This document shows, piece after piece, positions 40,113 through 49,171 of a stretch of 64,000 nt of DNA (positions are counted from its first letter, which is position 1; each line of letters starts with the position of its first letter). The notes below the pieces were generated by a model. That model made no database searches, was not told where the DNA came from, and saw only the letters and a program-made list of their open reading frames with translations. The translations under genes and the position numbers were made by a program. The DNA is from an uncultured Acidobacteriota bacterium (GTDB lineage: Bacteria > Acidobacteriota > Terriglobia > Terriglobales > Acidobacteriaceae). The stretch is from assembly GCA_963732315.1 (NCBI GenBank), contig CAVSYY010000012.1:1399-65398 (forward strand), given 5' to 3'.

Positions 40113-41567
40113 GTGCGCCGTTCTGCTTGGATTCAAAATCTGGTTCTGATCGTCATGGTGTCCGGTGCGGTGGCTGGAGCGGCGCAGAAATCTGCTTCCC
40201 AGCTCCCGGCCCCCACGGAAAAGGCCACCGGGGGTGCGGTACGGCACGGCCTGCTGGCGCTGGACGAGGATCTGCAGGCGCTGGCCGAGCGGATTGGGCC
40301 GTCCGTGGTGACGATCGACATCACCGGATTGACGACGGTGGAGGACCCGAACACGCGGCAGACAAACTACATTGCCAAGGAGCAGGCGCTGGGCTCCGGT
40401 ATCATCGTCGATCCGACGGGATACATCCTGACCAATAACCATGTGGTGGAGCATGCGACTTCGATCTCGGTGCTGGTGTACCGCCGGCGCAACAAGCCGG
40501 GCGGCGGGCTGGAAGAAGGCCAGCGCTTCCCGGCGACGCTGGTGGGGCGCGACTCGCTGACCGACCTTGCGCTGCTGAAAGTGACCGCCGATGGACTGCC
40601 TGCATTGACCCTGGCCGACTCCGACAATGTGCACGTGGGCCAGCTTTGCCTGGCCTTCGGCAGCCCGCTGGGGCTGGAGAACACGGTAACGCTGGGCGTA
40701 ATCAGCTCGACGCGGCGACAGCTCAACAGCGCCGCTCCGGTGGTGTATCTGCAGACCGACGCGGCCATCAATCCGGGAAATTCGGGCGGACCACTGGTGG
40801 ACATCAAGGGCGAGGTCATCGGCATGAACACCATGATCGCCTCGCAATCGGGCGGCAGCGAGGGCGTGGGGTTTTCGATTCCCTCCAACACCATCCGCCT
40901 GGTGTATGAACAGTTGCGCGAGCACGGTCACGTCCGCCGGGGGGCGATCGGCATCATTGCCCGCGACATCACTCCCGCGCTGGCCAGCGGGCTGGGCATT
41001 AAGCAGCAGTCCGGAGTGATTCTGGAAGACGTGGTTCCGGGTTCCTCCGCCGACCGCTCCGGGCTGCATCCGGGAGATATTGTTTTGAGCGTGGACGGCA
41101 AGTCTTTTCCGGATCCGCGGGCGTTGTCCGTGCTGCTCTTCCAGAAAAAAGTCGGCGATCTGGCGGTGTTCACGATTCAGCGCGGCACGGAGGTGATGAC
41201 CTTCAAGGTCCCGGTCACCGAGCGCGAAGGCGATCCGGAGAGCATTCTCGATCCGACTCACTCGGAGGGCAACATTATTCCCAAGCTGGGGATTGTGGGG
41301 GTGCAGATTACGGAATCGGTGGCGAAGTTAATTCCTCCGACGCGCCTTCCAGGAGGCATTCTGGTGACGGCGCTGACGGCGGGCGGCAACGCATCGCTGT
41401 TCGGTCTGGAGCCCGGCGATATTCTGCACGCTCTGAACCGCACGCCACTGGATTCGCTGGAGACGCTGCGCAAGGTGCTCTCCGATCTGAAGCCCGGCGA
41501 TCCGGTGGTGCTCAGCATTGAACGTGGGGGACAGCTGAACTACACCGCGTTTGATAATCCGGAATAG
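40113..41567 (+). CDS. HtrA/DegP-family periplasmic serine protease with two PDZ domains
   Basis: Catalytic triad context TNNHVV, DLALLKV, GNSGGPLVD. GTG start at 40113 with AAGAGGA upstream. N-terminal signal/anchor. Confidence 0.9.
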   Translation: MRRSAWIQNLVLIVMVSGAVAGAAQKSASQLPAPTEKATGGAVRHGLLALDEDLQALAERIGPSVVTIDITGLTTVEDPNTRQTNYIAKEQALGSGIIVDPTGYILTNNHVVEHATSISVLVYRRRNKPGGGLEEGQRFPATLVGRDSLTDLALLKVTADGLPALTLADSDNVHVGQLCLAFGSPLGLENTVTLGVISSTRRQLNSAAPVVYLQTDAAINPGNSGGPLVDIKGEVIGMNTMIASQSGGSEGVGFSIPSNTIRLVYEQLREHGHVRRGAIGIIARDITPALASGLGIKQQSGVILEDVVPGSSADRSGLHPGDIVLSVDGKSFPDPRALSVLLFQKKVGDLAVFTIQRGTEVMTFKVPVTEREGDPESILDPTHSEGNIIPKLGIVGVQITESVAKLIPPTRLPGGILVTALTAGGNASLFGLEPGDILHALNRTPLDSLETLRKVLSDLKPGDPVVLSIERGGQLNYTAFDNPE

Positions 41568-41594
41568 CGGCGAGCCGGTGCGGCGAATTTGCAA

Positions 41595-41810
41595 TCACTG
41601 ACTCTGGCTAGTTTCAGGGGAGTCTGGGCTGGTTTCTGGTTTATCCTGCACCAGCTCTGCGGCCGAGCAAATGGAAAGGGCCATGCCGCCGAGCACCAAG
41701 AGGACGCCAATCAGCGGCTTTGCCGTCAAGCCGAACAACCCGGCAAGCAGCGCCGAGTATCCGGCCAGCAATACGCCTACACTGACTGTCCTCCTGCGCC
41801 TCACACTCAT
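41595..41810 (-). CDS. Small two-TM membrane protein (hypothetical)
   Basis: 71 aa with two hydrophobic helices after an Arg-rich N-terminus. No homology recognised. Could be spurious. Confidence 0.3.
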   Translation of the reverse strand: MSVRRRRTVSVGVLLAGYSALLAGLFGLTAKPLIGVLLVLGGMALSICSAAELVQDKPETSPDSPETSQSQ

Positions 41811-42319
41811 CGGACTCGTCCAGTTGTTCCGGTCTCACGCACTTGACCGTGCCGAGCCAAAGACGTTCCACATTCGAATTCCGCCTCGTCCCGTTCCGAT
41901 CCCTCAACCCTCCGCGAGCGCCGAGTTTGAGTAACGTAGCGCAACCTGGGCCGGAGTGGAAATTGAAAGAATTTATGGTTTCGATCAGGCGTGGCTATGC
42001 AAGCGCAGCGCGACCGGCGGACGGCCAAGAAGTGAAAGAAAACACGTGGGGAGATCTCAACGGCACGCCTTTAAGATCGGCTACCGGTTATCTCTCCTAT
42101 AAATACTTTGCATAAGATGGTATGCGGGACACATGAGAACATGATGCTTTGGAGCGGCTTCGGAAAGGGGAAATCAACCCCACCGGTTTTTGGCGGTATC
42201 TCGACATTTTGCGGGTTCCATTCACGGGTGACAATGAAAGCAATCGGCAACGACCTCCGGCAAGACGCTTTAACGCGGGGGCGGCGAAGCGATGCCGCTC
42301 CGTCCCTAGGTGAGAGCTG

Positions 42320-45300
42320 ATGGGAATTCGCGTCGCGCTTCATCACAAGACAGTTTATGAATACGACCGGCTGGTCACGCTTTCGCCGCAGGTCGTGCGC
42401 CTTCGTCCGGCGCCGCACAGCCGGACGCACATCTCCAGCTACTCGCTTCGCGTGCAACCGGAAGAGCACTTCATCAACTGGCAGCAGGACCCGCAGGGCA
42501 ATTTCCTGGCCCGCCTGGTCTTCCAGAACCCGACGCGCTTCTTTTCGGTGGAAGTGGATCTGGTGGCCGAGATGGCGGTCCTCAATCCCTTCGATTTTTT
42601 TCTGGAGACGGAGTACGAGAAGTTCCCATTTCGCTATGGGAGCGGGGACCGGCACGAGCTGGGGCTGTTTCTGGAGGCGCCACCGCCCGGTCCGCGGCTG
42701 AAGGCACTCCTGGCCACCGTCGACCGGCGGGAGATGCGGACCATCGACTTTCTGGTCGGCCTCAACGCACGGTTAAACCGGGAGATCCGCTATGTGGTGC
42801 GGATGGAGCCCGGGGTGCAGACCTCGGAGGAGACGCTCAAGTTGGCCAGCGGCTCCTGCCGCGACTCGGCGTGGCTGCTGGTGCAAATCCTGCGGCAGCT
42901 GGGATTGGCGGCGCGCTTTGTCTCCGGGTATCTGATTCAGCTGAAGCCGGACGTGAAACCGCTGGAGGGTCCGGTGGGGCCGTCGGAGGACTTCACCGAT
43001 CTCCACGCCTGGGCCGAGGTGTACCTGCCCGGAGCGGGCTGGATCGGCCTGGACCCGACTTCGGGACTGTTTGCCGGGGAGGGACATATCCCGCTGGCGG
43101 GCACACCGGAGCCGGGATCGGCTGCGCCGGTCACCGGCCTGGTAAGCCCCTGCGAAGTCGAGTTTCAGCATGAAATGAAAGTCACCCGCATCCACGAGGA
43201 CCCGCGGGTGACCAAGCCGTACACGGACGAGGAGTGGCAGCGGATCTACGAGCTGGGAGAGCGGATCGATGCCGACCTAACGGCCAGCGACGTGCGGCTC
43301 ACCATGGGCGGCGAGCCAACCTTCGTCTCGGTGGACGACATGGACGGCGACGAATGGAATACGGAGGCGATGGGGCCAAACAAGCGCCGCCTGGCCGACG
43401 ATCTGCTGGTTCGGCTGCGCGACAAGTTCGCGCCCGGCGCCCTGCTGCACTTCGGACAGGGTAAGTGGTATCCCGGCGAATCCCTGCCGCGCTGGGCGCT
43501 TACCTGCTACTGGCGCAGCGATGGCTTTGCGCTCTGGCGCGACCCGCAGTGGCAGGCATCCCCCGACCGCAACTATGGATTCGGCCGCGAAGAGGCGTTG
43601 CAATTTGCCGAGGCACTTTCAGAGCGGCTGAAGGTCGATTCCGAGGCGGTGGTGGCGGCCTACGAGGACCCGCTCGCCTTTCTCCTCAAGGAGCGCCAGC
43701 TTCCGGTCAACGTCGATCCGCTGGAGAACAAACTGGAGAGCGCCGAGGAGCGCGAGCGGCTGCGGCGCGTCTTCGAGCGCGGCCTCGGCAATCCCGTCGG
43801 GTTTGTATTGCCTCTGCAGCGCGGCTGGGGCAAGAACGGACCGGAGTGGCAGACCAGTTTGTGGATGCTCCGAGCCCGGCATATTTTTCTTATTCCTGGG
43901 GATTCTCCGGTGGGATTCCGTCTGCCGCTGGAATCACTTCTCTGGGAGCCGGCTGGAGAGAGGCAGCAGCCGTGGCAGGTCGATCCGCTTGGCCCAGCCT
44001 CACCGTTGCCACCTCCGCCCAAGCCGTTTGATTCCTGGGTCCGGGGGTACGGGGTTCAGGCGCAACAGCGCGGGCGGCAGAGTAATTCGCCGTATTCCTA
44101 CACCCAGCTTGGGCCGGTGGTGCGTACGGCTCTGACGGTGGAAGCGCGGGGGGGAGTTCTCTATCTGTTCCTGCCGCCGCTCAACTCGGCGGAGGATTTC
44201 GTCGATCTGGTGGCCTCGATTGAGGACACGGCGGCCAAGCTCAAGATGCCGGTCTGCATCGAAGGCTACCCGCCGCCCTTCGACTGGCGCGTGCGGATGC
44301 TCAAGGTCACGCCGGACCCCGGCGTCATCGAGGTGAACATCCAGCCCTCCGCCAGCTGGCGCGAGCTTGCCGAAAACACCACGACGCTCTACGAGCAGGC
44401 GCGGCTGAGCCGCCTGGGCACGGAAAAATTCATGCTGGATGGCCGCCACACCGGCACCGGCGGCGGTAACCACATGGTGCTGGGCGGTCCGACCCCGGCC
44501 GACAGCCCGTTTCTGCGCCGTCCCGACCTGCTGAAGAGCCTGGTGGGCTACTGGCTGAATCATCCCTCGCTCTCCTACCTGTTCTCGGGCACCTTTATCG
44601 GGCCCACCAGTCAGGCACCGCGAGTGGACGAAACCCGCGCCGATGCGATCTATGAGCTGGAGATCGCGTTTAACCAGCTCAAAGACGCCAATCCGTACGG
44701 GCTTCCGCTGTGGCTGGTGGACCGGCTCTTCCGCAATCTTCTGGTCGATGTGACCGGCAATACGCATCGCGCCGAGTTCTGCATCGACAAGCTGTATTCT
44801 CCCGACAGCGCGACGGGACGGCTGGGACTGCTGGAGCTGCGCGCCTTTGAGATGCCTCCCCATGCGCGCATGAGCCTGGCCCAGCAGCTGCTGCTGCGCT
44901 CGCTGGTGGCTCGCTTCTGGCGCTGGCCCTACGAGGAGACTCCGATCCGCTGGGGTACGCGGCTGCACGATATGTTTCTGCTGCCATACTTTGTGGAAAA
45001 GGATTTCCGCTGGGTCATCTCGGAGTTGCAGCAGGCGGGTTACGAATTTGAATCCGAGTGGTTCGATCCGCACAAGGAGTTCCGCTTCCCGGTCTTCGGG
45101 CGGGTCTGTTATGAGGGCGTTGAGGTCGAGCTCCGGCAGGCGATCGAGCCGTGGAATGTGCTGGGCGAGGAACCTGGCACCGGCGGGACGACCCGTTTTG
45201 TGGATTCGTCGGTGGAGCGCATTCAGGTGCGGGTGCGCGGCCTGGTGAGCGAGCGCTACGCGGTTACCTGCAACGGCCGTCGGCTGCCGCTGCATCCCAC

Positions 45301-45646
45301 CGGGACGAATGGTGAGTTTGTCTGCGGCGTGCGCTATCGCGCGTGGCAGCCGCCGCGCTGCCTGCATCCCACCATTCCGGTGCATACGCCGCTGGTGTTC
45401 GATGTGGTCAATCTTGCGGCGGGACGTTCGGTGGGTGGATGCACCTACCACGTGGCGCATCCCGGCGGGCGAAGCTATGATACGATCCCGGTTAACTCGA
45501 ACGAGGCTGAGGCTCGCCGTATGGCGCGCTTCTTTGCCTTCGGGCACACGCCGGGGCCTATGATTGTGCCACCGGTCGAAGAAAATCCAGAGTTTCCGCT
45601 GACGCTGGATCTGCGGCGTGCGGCGAGCACCGGGGTGAGACGTTAG
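42320..45646 (+). CDS. Large transglutaminase-fold protein (N-terminal transglutaminase core + DUF2126-like body)
   Basis: 1108 aa. Cys-His-Asp papain-like triad context (SGSCRDSAWLLVQILRQLGLAARFVSGYL ... DLHAWAEVYLPGAGWIGLDPTSG). About 800 aa of conserved uncharacterised C-terminal region. Confidence 0.85.
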   Translation: MGIRVALHHKTVYEYDRLVTLSPQVVRLRPAPHSRTHISSYSLRVQPEEHFINWQQDPQGNFLARLVFQNPTRFFSVEVDLVAEMAVLNPFDFFLETEYEKFPFRYGSGDRHELGLFLEAPPPGPRLKALLATVDRREMRTIDFLVGLNARLNREIRYVVRMEPGVQTSEETLKLASGSCRDSAWLLVQILRQLGLAARFVSGYLIQLKPDVKPLEGPVGPSEDFTDLHAWAEVYLPGAGWIGLDPTSGLFAGEGHIPLAGTPEPGSAAPVTGLVSPCEVEFQHEMKVTRIHEDPRVTKPYTDEEWQRIYELGERIDADLTASDVRLTMGGEPTFVSVDDMDGDEWNTEAMGPNKRRLADDLLVRLRDKFAPGALLHFGQGKWYPGESLPRWALTCYWRSDGFALWRDPQWQASPDRNYGFGREEALQFAEALSERLKVDSEAVVAAYEDPLAFLLKERQLPVNVDPLENKLESAEERERLRRVFERGLGNPVGFVLPLQRGWGKNGPEWQTSLWMLRARHIFLIPGDSPVGFRLPLESLLWEPAGERQQPWQVDPLGPASPLPPPPKPFDSWVRGYGVQAQQRGRQSNSPYSYTQLGPVVRTALTVEARGGVLYLFLPPLNSAEDFVDLVASIEDTAAKLKMPVCIEGYPPPFDWRVRMLKVTPDPGVIEVNIQPSASWRELAENTTTLYEQARLSRLGTEKFMLDGRHTGTGGGNHMVLGGPTPADSPFLRRPDLLKSLVGYWLNHPSLSYLFSGTFIGPTSQAPRVDETRADAIYELEIAFNQLKDANPYGLPLWLVDRLFRNLLVDVTGNTHRAEFCIDKLYSPDSATGRLGLLELRAFEMPPHARMSLAQQLLLRSLVARFWRWPYEETPIRWGTRLHDMFLLPYFVEKDFRWVISELQQAGYEFESEWFDPHKEFRFPVFGRVCYEGVEVELRQAIEPWNVLGEEPGTGGTTRFVDSSVERIQVRVRGLVSERYAVTCNGRRLPLHPTGTNGEFVCGVRYRAWQPPRCLHPTIPVHTPLVFDVVNLAAGRSVGGCTYHVAHPGGRSYDTIPVNSNEAEARRMARFFAFGHTPGPMIVPPVEENPEFPLTLDLRRAASTGVRR

Positions 45647-45749
45647 GGGGAGTCCGCTGGCCAATAGTCGTGGGAACGGGAGCTCGGCGGCGACGCGCCG
45701 GAACGATTGGAAATATACCGGTGTCGAGGGGCACTGGGACGAGGTTCTA

Positions 45750-48203
45750 ATGCCTTCCGGTCTGCCGCGCCGCCACTGGAGGGCGCTCACGGCCGCCATG
45801 GGACGGCAGGGCCCGGAGGAGTTGAGCCGCGCCTGGCAGATCGGCCAGCAGCTTTTGCGCGCCAACGGCACCTCCTACAACGTAGGTGGAGACCTGAACG
45901 GGAGCGAACGCTCCTGGCCGCTGGATCCGCTCCCGATGGTGATCGAAGAGCACGAGTGGGCGCAGATCGAAGCAGCGGTCATTCAGCGGGCCACGCTGCT
46001 CAATGCCATGATGGCCGACTTTTACGGCCCGCAGCGTCTGCTGCATGAACGGCAGATTCCCCCGGCGCTGCTGCTGGCGAACCCGCAATTTTTGCGTGCC
46101 TGCCACGGCATCGAACCCCGCAATGGCGTCTTTCTGCATTCCTACGCGGCGGACATGGCGCGCTCTCCCGATGGCCGCTGGCAAATCACCTCCGACCGGA
46201 CGCAGGCGCCTTCGGGACTGGGCTACACGCTGGAAAACCGGCTGGTGAGCGCCCGCAGTCTAAGCAGCGTCTTCAGCACCTGCCAGGTGCGCCAACTGGC
46301 GCGCTTTTTCGACATTAGACGGGACGCGCTGCTAAATCTGGCGGCAAGCCAACAGCATAATCCTCGTGTCGTGCTGCTCACCTCCGGGCCGCACAGCGAG
46401 ACGTATTTCGAGCATTCGTTCCTGGCCGGCCACTGGGGCTTCCCGCTGGTGGAAGGCGCCGATCTGGCGGTGCGCGACAACCGAGTTTATCTGAAGACGC
46501 TCACCGGACTCGACCCCGTGGATATCATTGTGCGACGTCTCGACGACGTCTTCTGTGATCCGATTGAATTTCGCGGCGACTCGCTGCTGGGCGTGCCGGG
46601 ACTGGTGCAGGCGGTGCGCAGCGGCAGCGTGGTGATTGACAATGCGCTGGGCAGCGGAGTGCTGGAGGCCCCCGGATTCCTGGCGTTTCTTCCTGGAATC
46701 TGCCGTCATCTGCTGGGGGAGGAGTTGCGGATGCCGTCGGTCTCCACCTGGTGGTGCGGCGAGGAGGACGCCCGCAATTATGTGCTGGAACATCTTGACG
46801 AGTTGGTGATCCGGCCCAGTTTTCCGCGCTCGCACCGGCAGACGGAGACGCCGGCCGCGATGGATGCGGCCAAGCGGGAAGAACTGATCGGCCGGATCCA
46901 GGCGCAGCCGGAGCGGTTCGTGGCCCAGGAACAGGTGGCGCTCTCCACCGTGCCGGTGTACACCGAGAGCGGACTGGAGACCCGGCATGTCGTGCTCAGG
47001 GCCTTTGCCGCATGGGATGGAAGCTCCTACACGGTGCTGCCCGGCGGGTTGACCCGGGTCTCACGCGAGGCCTGGTCGCCGGCGGTTTCCCTGCACGACG
47101 GAGGTGGCACCAAGGATACCTGGGTGCCCGGCGGCTCGGGCGAGCCGGTTGCCGTATCGCGTCCGGCGCTGGGGCCGATCGCGGCTCATCCCAGCTGGTC
47201 GAATCTTCCCAGCCGGGTTGCCGACAACCTTTTCTGGCTGGGCCGCTATGCCGAGCGCCTCGAAGACCGGGTGCGCCTGGTGCGGGCCCTGCTGCCGGCG
47301 CTCTCCGGCGAAGAGGATTTTGGCCGCACCGCCACGCTGGAGTCGGTGGTCCGCTTACTGACCGGGCTGAAGTATCTGCCGCCGGAGGTCTCCCGCGCCG
47401 CCCTGGGAGAACAGCTATGGCAGGTGCAGCGGCTGCTGCCCAAAATGGTTCGCGATGAGAGCCGGCCCACCAGCCTGGGATGGACCCTGAAGCAGATGCG
47501 CCGGGTTGCCCTGAACCTGAAGGAACGCCTTTCGGCAGATACCTGGCGTGTGTTGCAGCAGATTGAAAACGATTTTTCGGAGGATATTCCCACCTCCGCC
47601 GGCCCCCGCTATGTGGCTGAGATAAATCTGCTCGACAAGGCGATTGTGACGCTCTCAGCCTTTGTCGGCCTGGTGATGGAGAATACGACGCGGGGCCCGG
47701 GATGGCATTTCCTGGAGATCGGCCGGCGAGTGGAGCGCGCCCGTCACATGGCGCACCTGTTGGAGGCGGGAGTGGCGCAGGCACCGGAGGAAATCGAACC
47801 GTATCTCCGCATCCTGCTCTACATCGCGGATAGCTCCATTACGTACCGCACCCGCTACCTGACCGCTCTGCGCACCGATCTGGTGCTGGATCTGCTGCTG
47901 GTGGACGAATCCAATCCGCGTTCCATCGGCTTTCAATTGGCCTCGCTGCTCAGCCATCTCGAGAAACTTCCGGAGCATGACCACGCGGTCTGCGATTCTG
48001 AAAAGGCGTTGGTCGCCAAAGCCATCCATGCGGTTCGCGTGGCGCCGATGGCAGAGCTCTCGCGCAGAGACAAGTTTGGCCGCATGGGTGCGCTGACCGA
48101 GCTTCTGGAGCAGCTGAAAGACGACATGTACGATCTATCGGATGCGCTGGCCTCGCACTATCTGAGTCCGGTCGTCTCCTCGCGCTTCGTATCGTCCCGG
48201 TGA
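45750..48203 (+). CDS. Fused circularly permuted type-2 ATP-grasp + alpha-E domain protein
   Basis: 817 aa. The N-terminal half matches the CP ATP-grasp pattern (RRHWRAL, NGTSYNV, WPLDPLPMVIEEHEWAQIEAAVIQRATLLNAMMADFYGPQ, VLLTSGPHSETYFEHSFLAGHWGFPLVEG). The C-terminal ~310 aa is alpha-E-like (NLFWLGRYAERLE, GWHFLEIGRRVERA, ITYRTRY). Conserved residues continue upstream of the first ATG, so the start is uncertain. Confidence 0.8.
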   Translation: MPSGLPRRHWRALTAAMGRQGPEELSRAWQIGQQLLRANGTSYNVGGDLNGSERSWPLDPLPMVIEEHEWAQIEAAVIQRATLLNAMMADFYGPQRLLHERQIPPALLLANPQFLRACHGIEPRNGVFLHSYAADMARSPDGRWQITSDRTQAPSGLGYTLENRLVSARSLSSVFSTCQVRQLARFFDIRRDALLNLAASQQHNPRVVLLTSGPHSETYFEHSFLAGHWGFPLVEGADLAVRDNRVYLKTLTGLDPVDIIVRRLDDVFCDPIEFRGDSLLGVPGLVQAVRSGSVVIDNALGSGVLEAPGFLAFLPGICRHLLGEELRMPSVSTWWCGEEDARNYVLEHLDELVIRPSFPRSHRQTETPAAMDAAKREELIGRIQAQPERFVAQEQVALSTVPVYTESGLETRHVVLRAFAAWDGSSYTVLPGGLTRVSREAWSPAVSLHDGGGTKDTWVPGGSGEPVAVSRPALGPIAAHPSWSNLPSRVADNLFWLGRYAERLEDRVRLVRALLPALSGEEDFGRTATLESVVRLLTGLKYLPPEVSRAALGEQLWQVQRLLPKMVRDESRPTSLGWTLKQMRRVALNLKERLSADTWRVLQQIENDFSEDIPTSAGPRYVAEINLLDKAIVTLSAFVGLVMENTTRGPGWHFLEIGRRVERARHMAHLLEAGVAQAPEEIEPYLRILLYIADSSITYRTRYLTALRTDLVLDLLLVDESNPRSIGFQLASLLSHLEKLPEHDHAVCDSEKALVAKAIHAVRVAPMAELSRRDKFGRMGALTELLEQLKDDMYDLSDALASHYLSPVVSSRFVSSR

Positions 48204-48210
48204 GCATCGC

Positions 48211-49098
48211 ATGATCTACTCGGCTACCCACATTACGCGCCACATTTATCAATCGCCGGTTTCCCAGTCTCTCAACGAGCTGCGGCTCACTCCGCGCTCA
48301 CTGCCGGGGCAGCAGGTGCTGGAGGCGAACATCTGCATCGAGCCCGAGCCTGCCACCTGGCAAAGCCGCAAGGACTACTTCGGCAACGAGGTAATCACGG
48401 TCGGTGTCTATGAGCCGCACAGCCGTTTCGTGATTGAAGCCAAGAGTGTGGTGGAGGTGGAGGCGCCATCATTGGACGCGCTTTCTCCCATGTCCTGGGA
48501 GCAGGCGCGCGACCTGATTGCTGCACATCCTGACGATGAATCGCTGGCGGCGCTGGAATTCGTTTACGATTCTCCATTCATCGCCGCTGCCGACGAACTG
48601 GCGGAGTATGCACGGCCGAGCTTTCCTCCGGGACGCCCGCTGGCGGAGGCGCTGCTCGAGCTCTCGCATCGCATCTACACCGAATTCAAATACAAGCCGA
48701 ACTCAACTTCCATTGAAATGCCCCTGCTCGAAGTGTTGGGAAACCGCCAGGGCGTCTGCCAGGACTTTGCGCACGTGATGATCGGCGCGCTGCGGTCGTT
48801 GCGTCTGCCGGCCCGCTACACCAGCGGATACCTGCGCAGCAGTCCCGGCAGCCATGGCGCCGAGGCCTCGCACGCGTGGGTTGCCGCGTTTGTCCCAGGA
48901 AGCGGGTGGTTGAGCTACGACCCCACCAACGACGTGATGCCCACCGACCGCCACCTGACGTTGGCCTGGGGCCGGGACTACGGGGATGTGACACCGGTCA
49001 AGGGTGTTGCCGTAGGGGGAGGCTCCCACAGCGTGGAGGTCGAGGTGATGGTAAAGGCGATGGAAAGCAACGAAACCGCCGGCCCGGTAGCGGACTGA
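48211..49098 (+). CDS. Transglutaminase-like cysteine peptidase-fold protein (bacterial transglutaminase N-domain + core)
   Basis: 295 aa. GVCQDFAHVMIGALRSLRLPARYTSGYL ... SHAWVAAFVPGSGWLSYDPTN (Cys-His-Asp). Starts 8 nt after the preceding gene. Confidence 0.85.
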   Translation: MIYSATHITRHIYQSPVSQSLNELRLTPRSLPGQQVLEANICIEPEPATWQSRKDYFGNEVITVGVYEPHSRFVIEAKSVVEVEAPSLDALSPMSWEQARDLIAAHPDDESLAALEFVYDSPFIAAADELAEYARPSFPPGRPLAEALLELSHRIYTEFKYKPNSTSIEMPLLEVLGNRQGVCQDFAHVMIGALRSLRLPARYTSGYLRSSPGSHGAEASHAWVAAFVPGSGWLSYDPTNDVMPTDRHLTLAWGRDYGDVTPVKGVAVGGGSHSVEVEVMVKAMESNETAGPVAD

Positions 49099-49106
49099 GT
49101 AAGAGG

Positions 49107-49150
49107 AAAAAAGCCAGGGCGTCCGGCGTATCCGGGCGCCCTGGCCTTTT
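49107..49150. terminator. Bidirectional intrinsic terminator between convergent genes
   Basis: A6-GCCAGGGCG-(TCCGGCGTATCCGGG)-CGCCCTGGC-CTTTT, a 9-bp GC-rich stem with an A-run and a T-run on either side. Confidence 0.6.
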
Positions 49151-49171
49151 CTGACCTCGTTCCAGCAGAGA

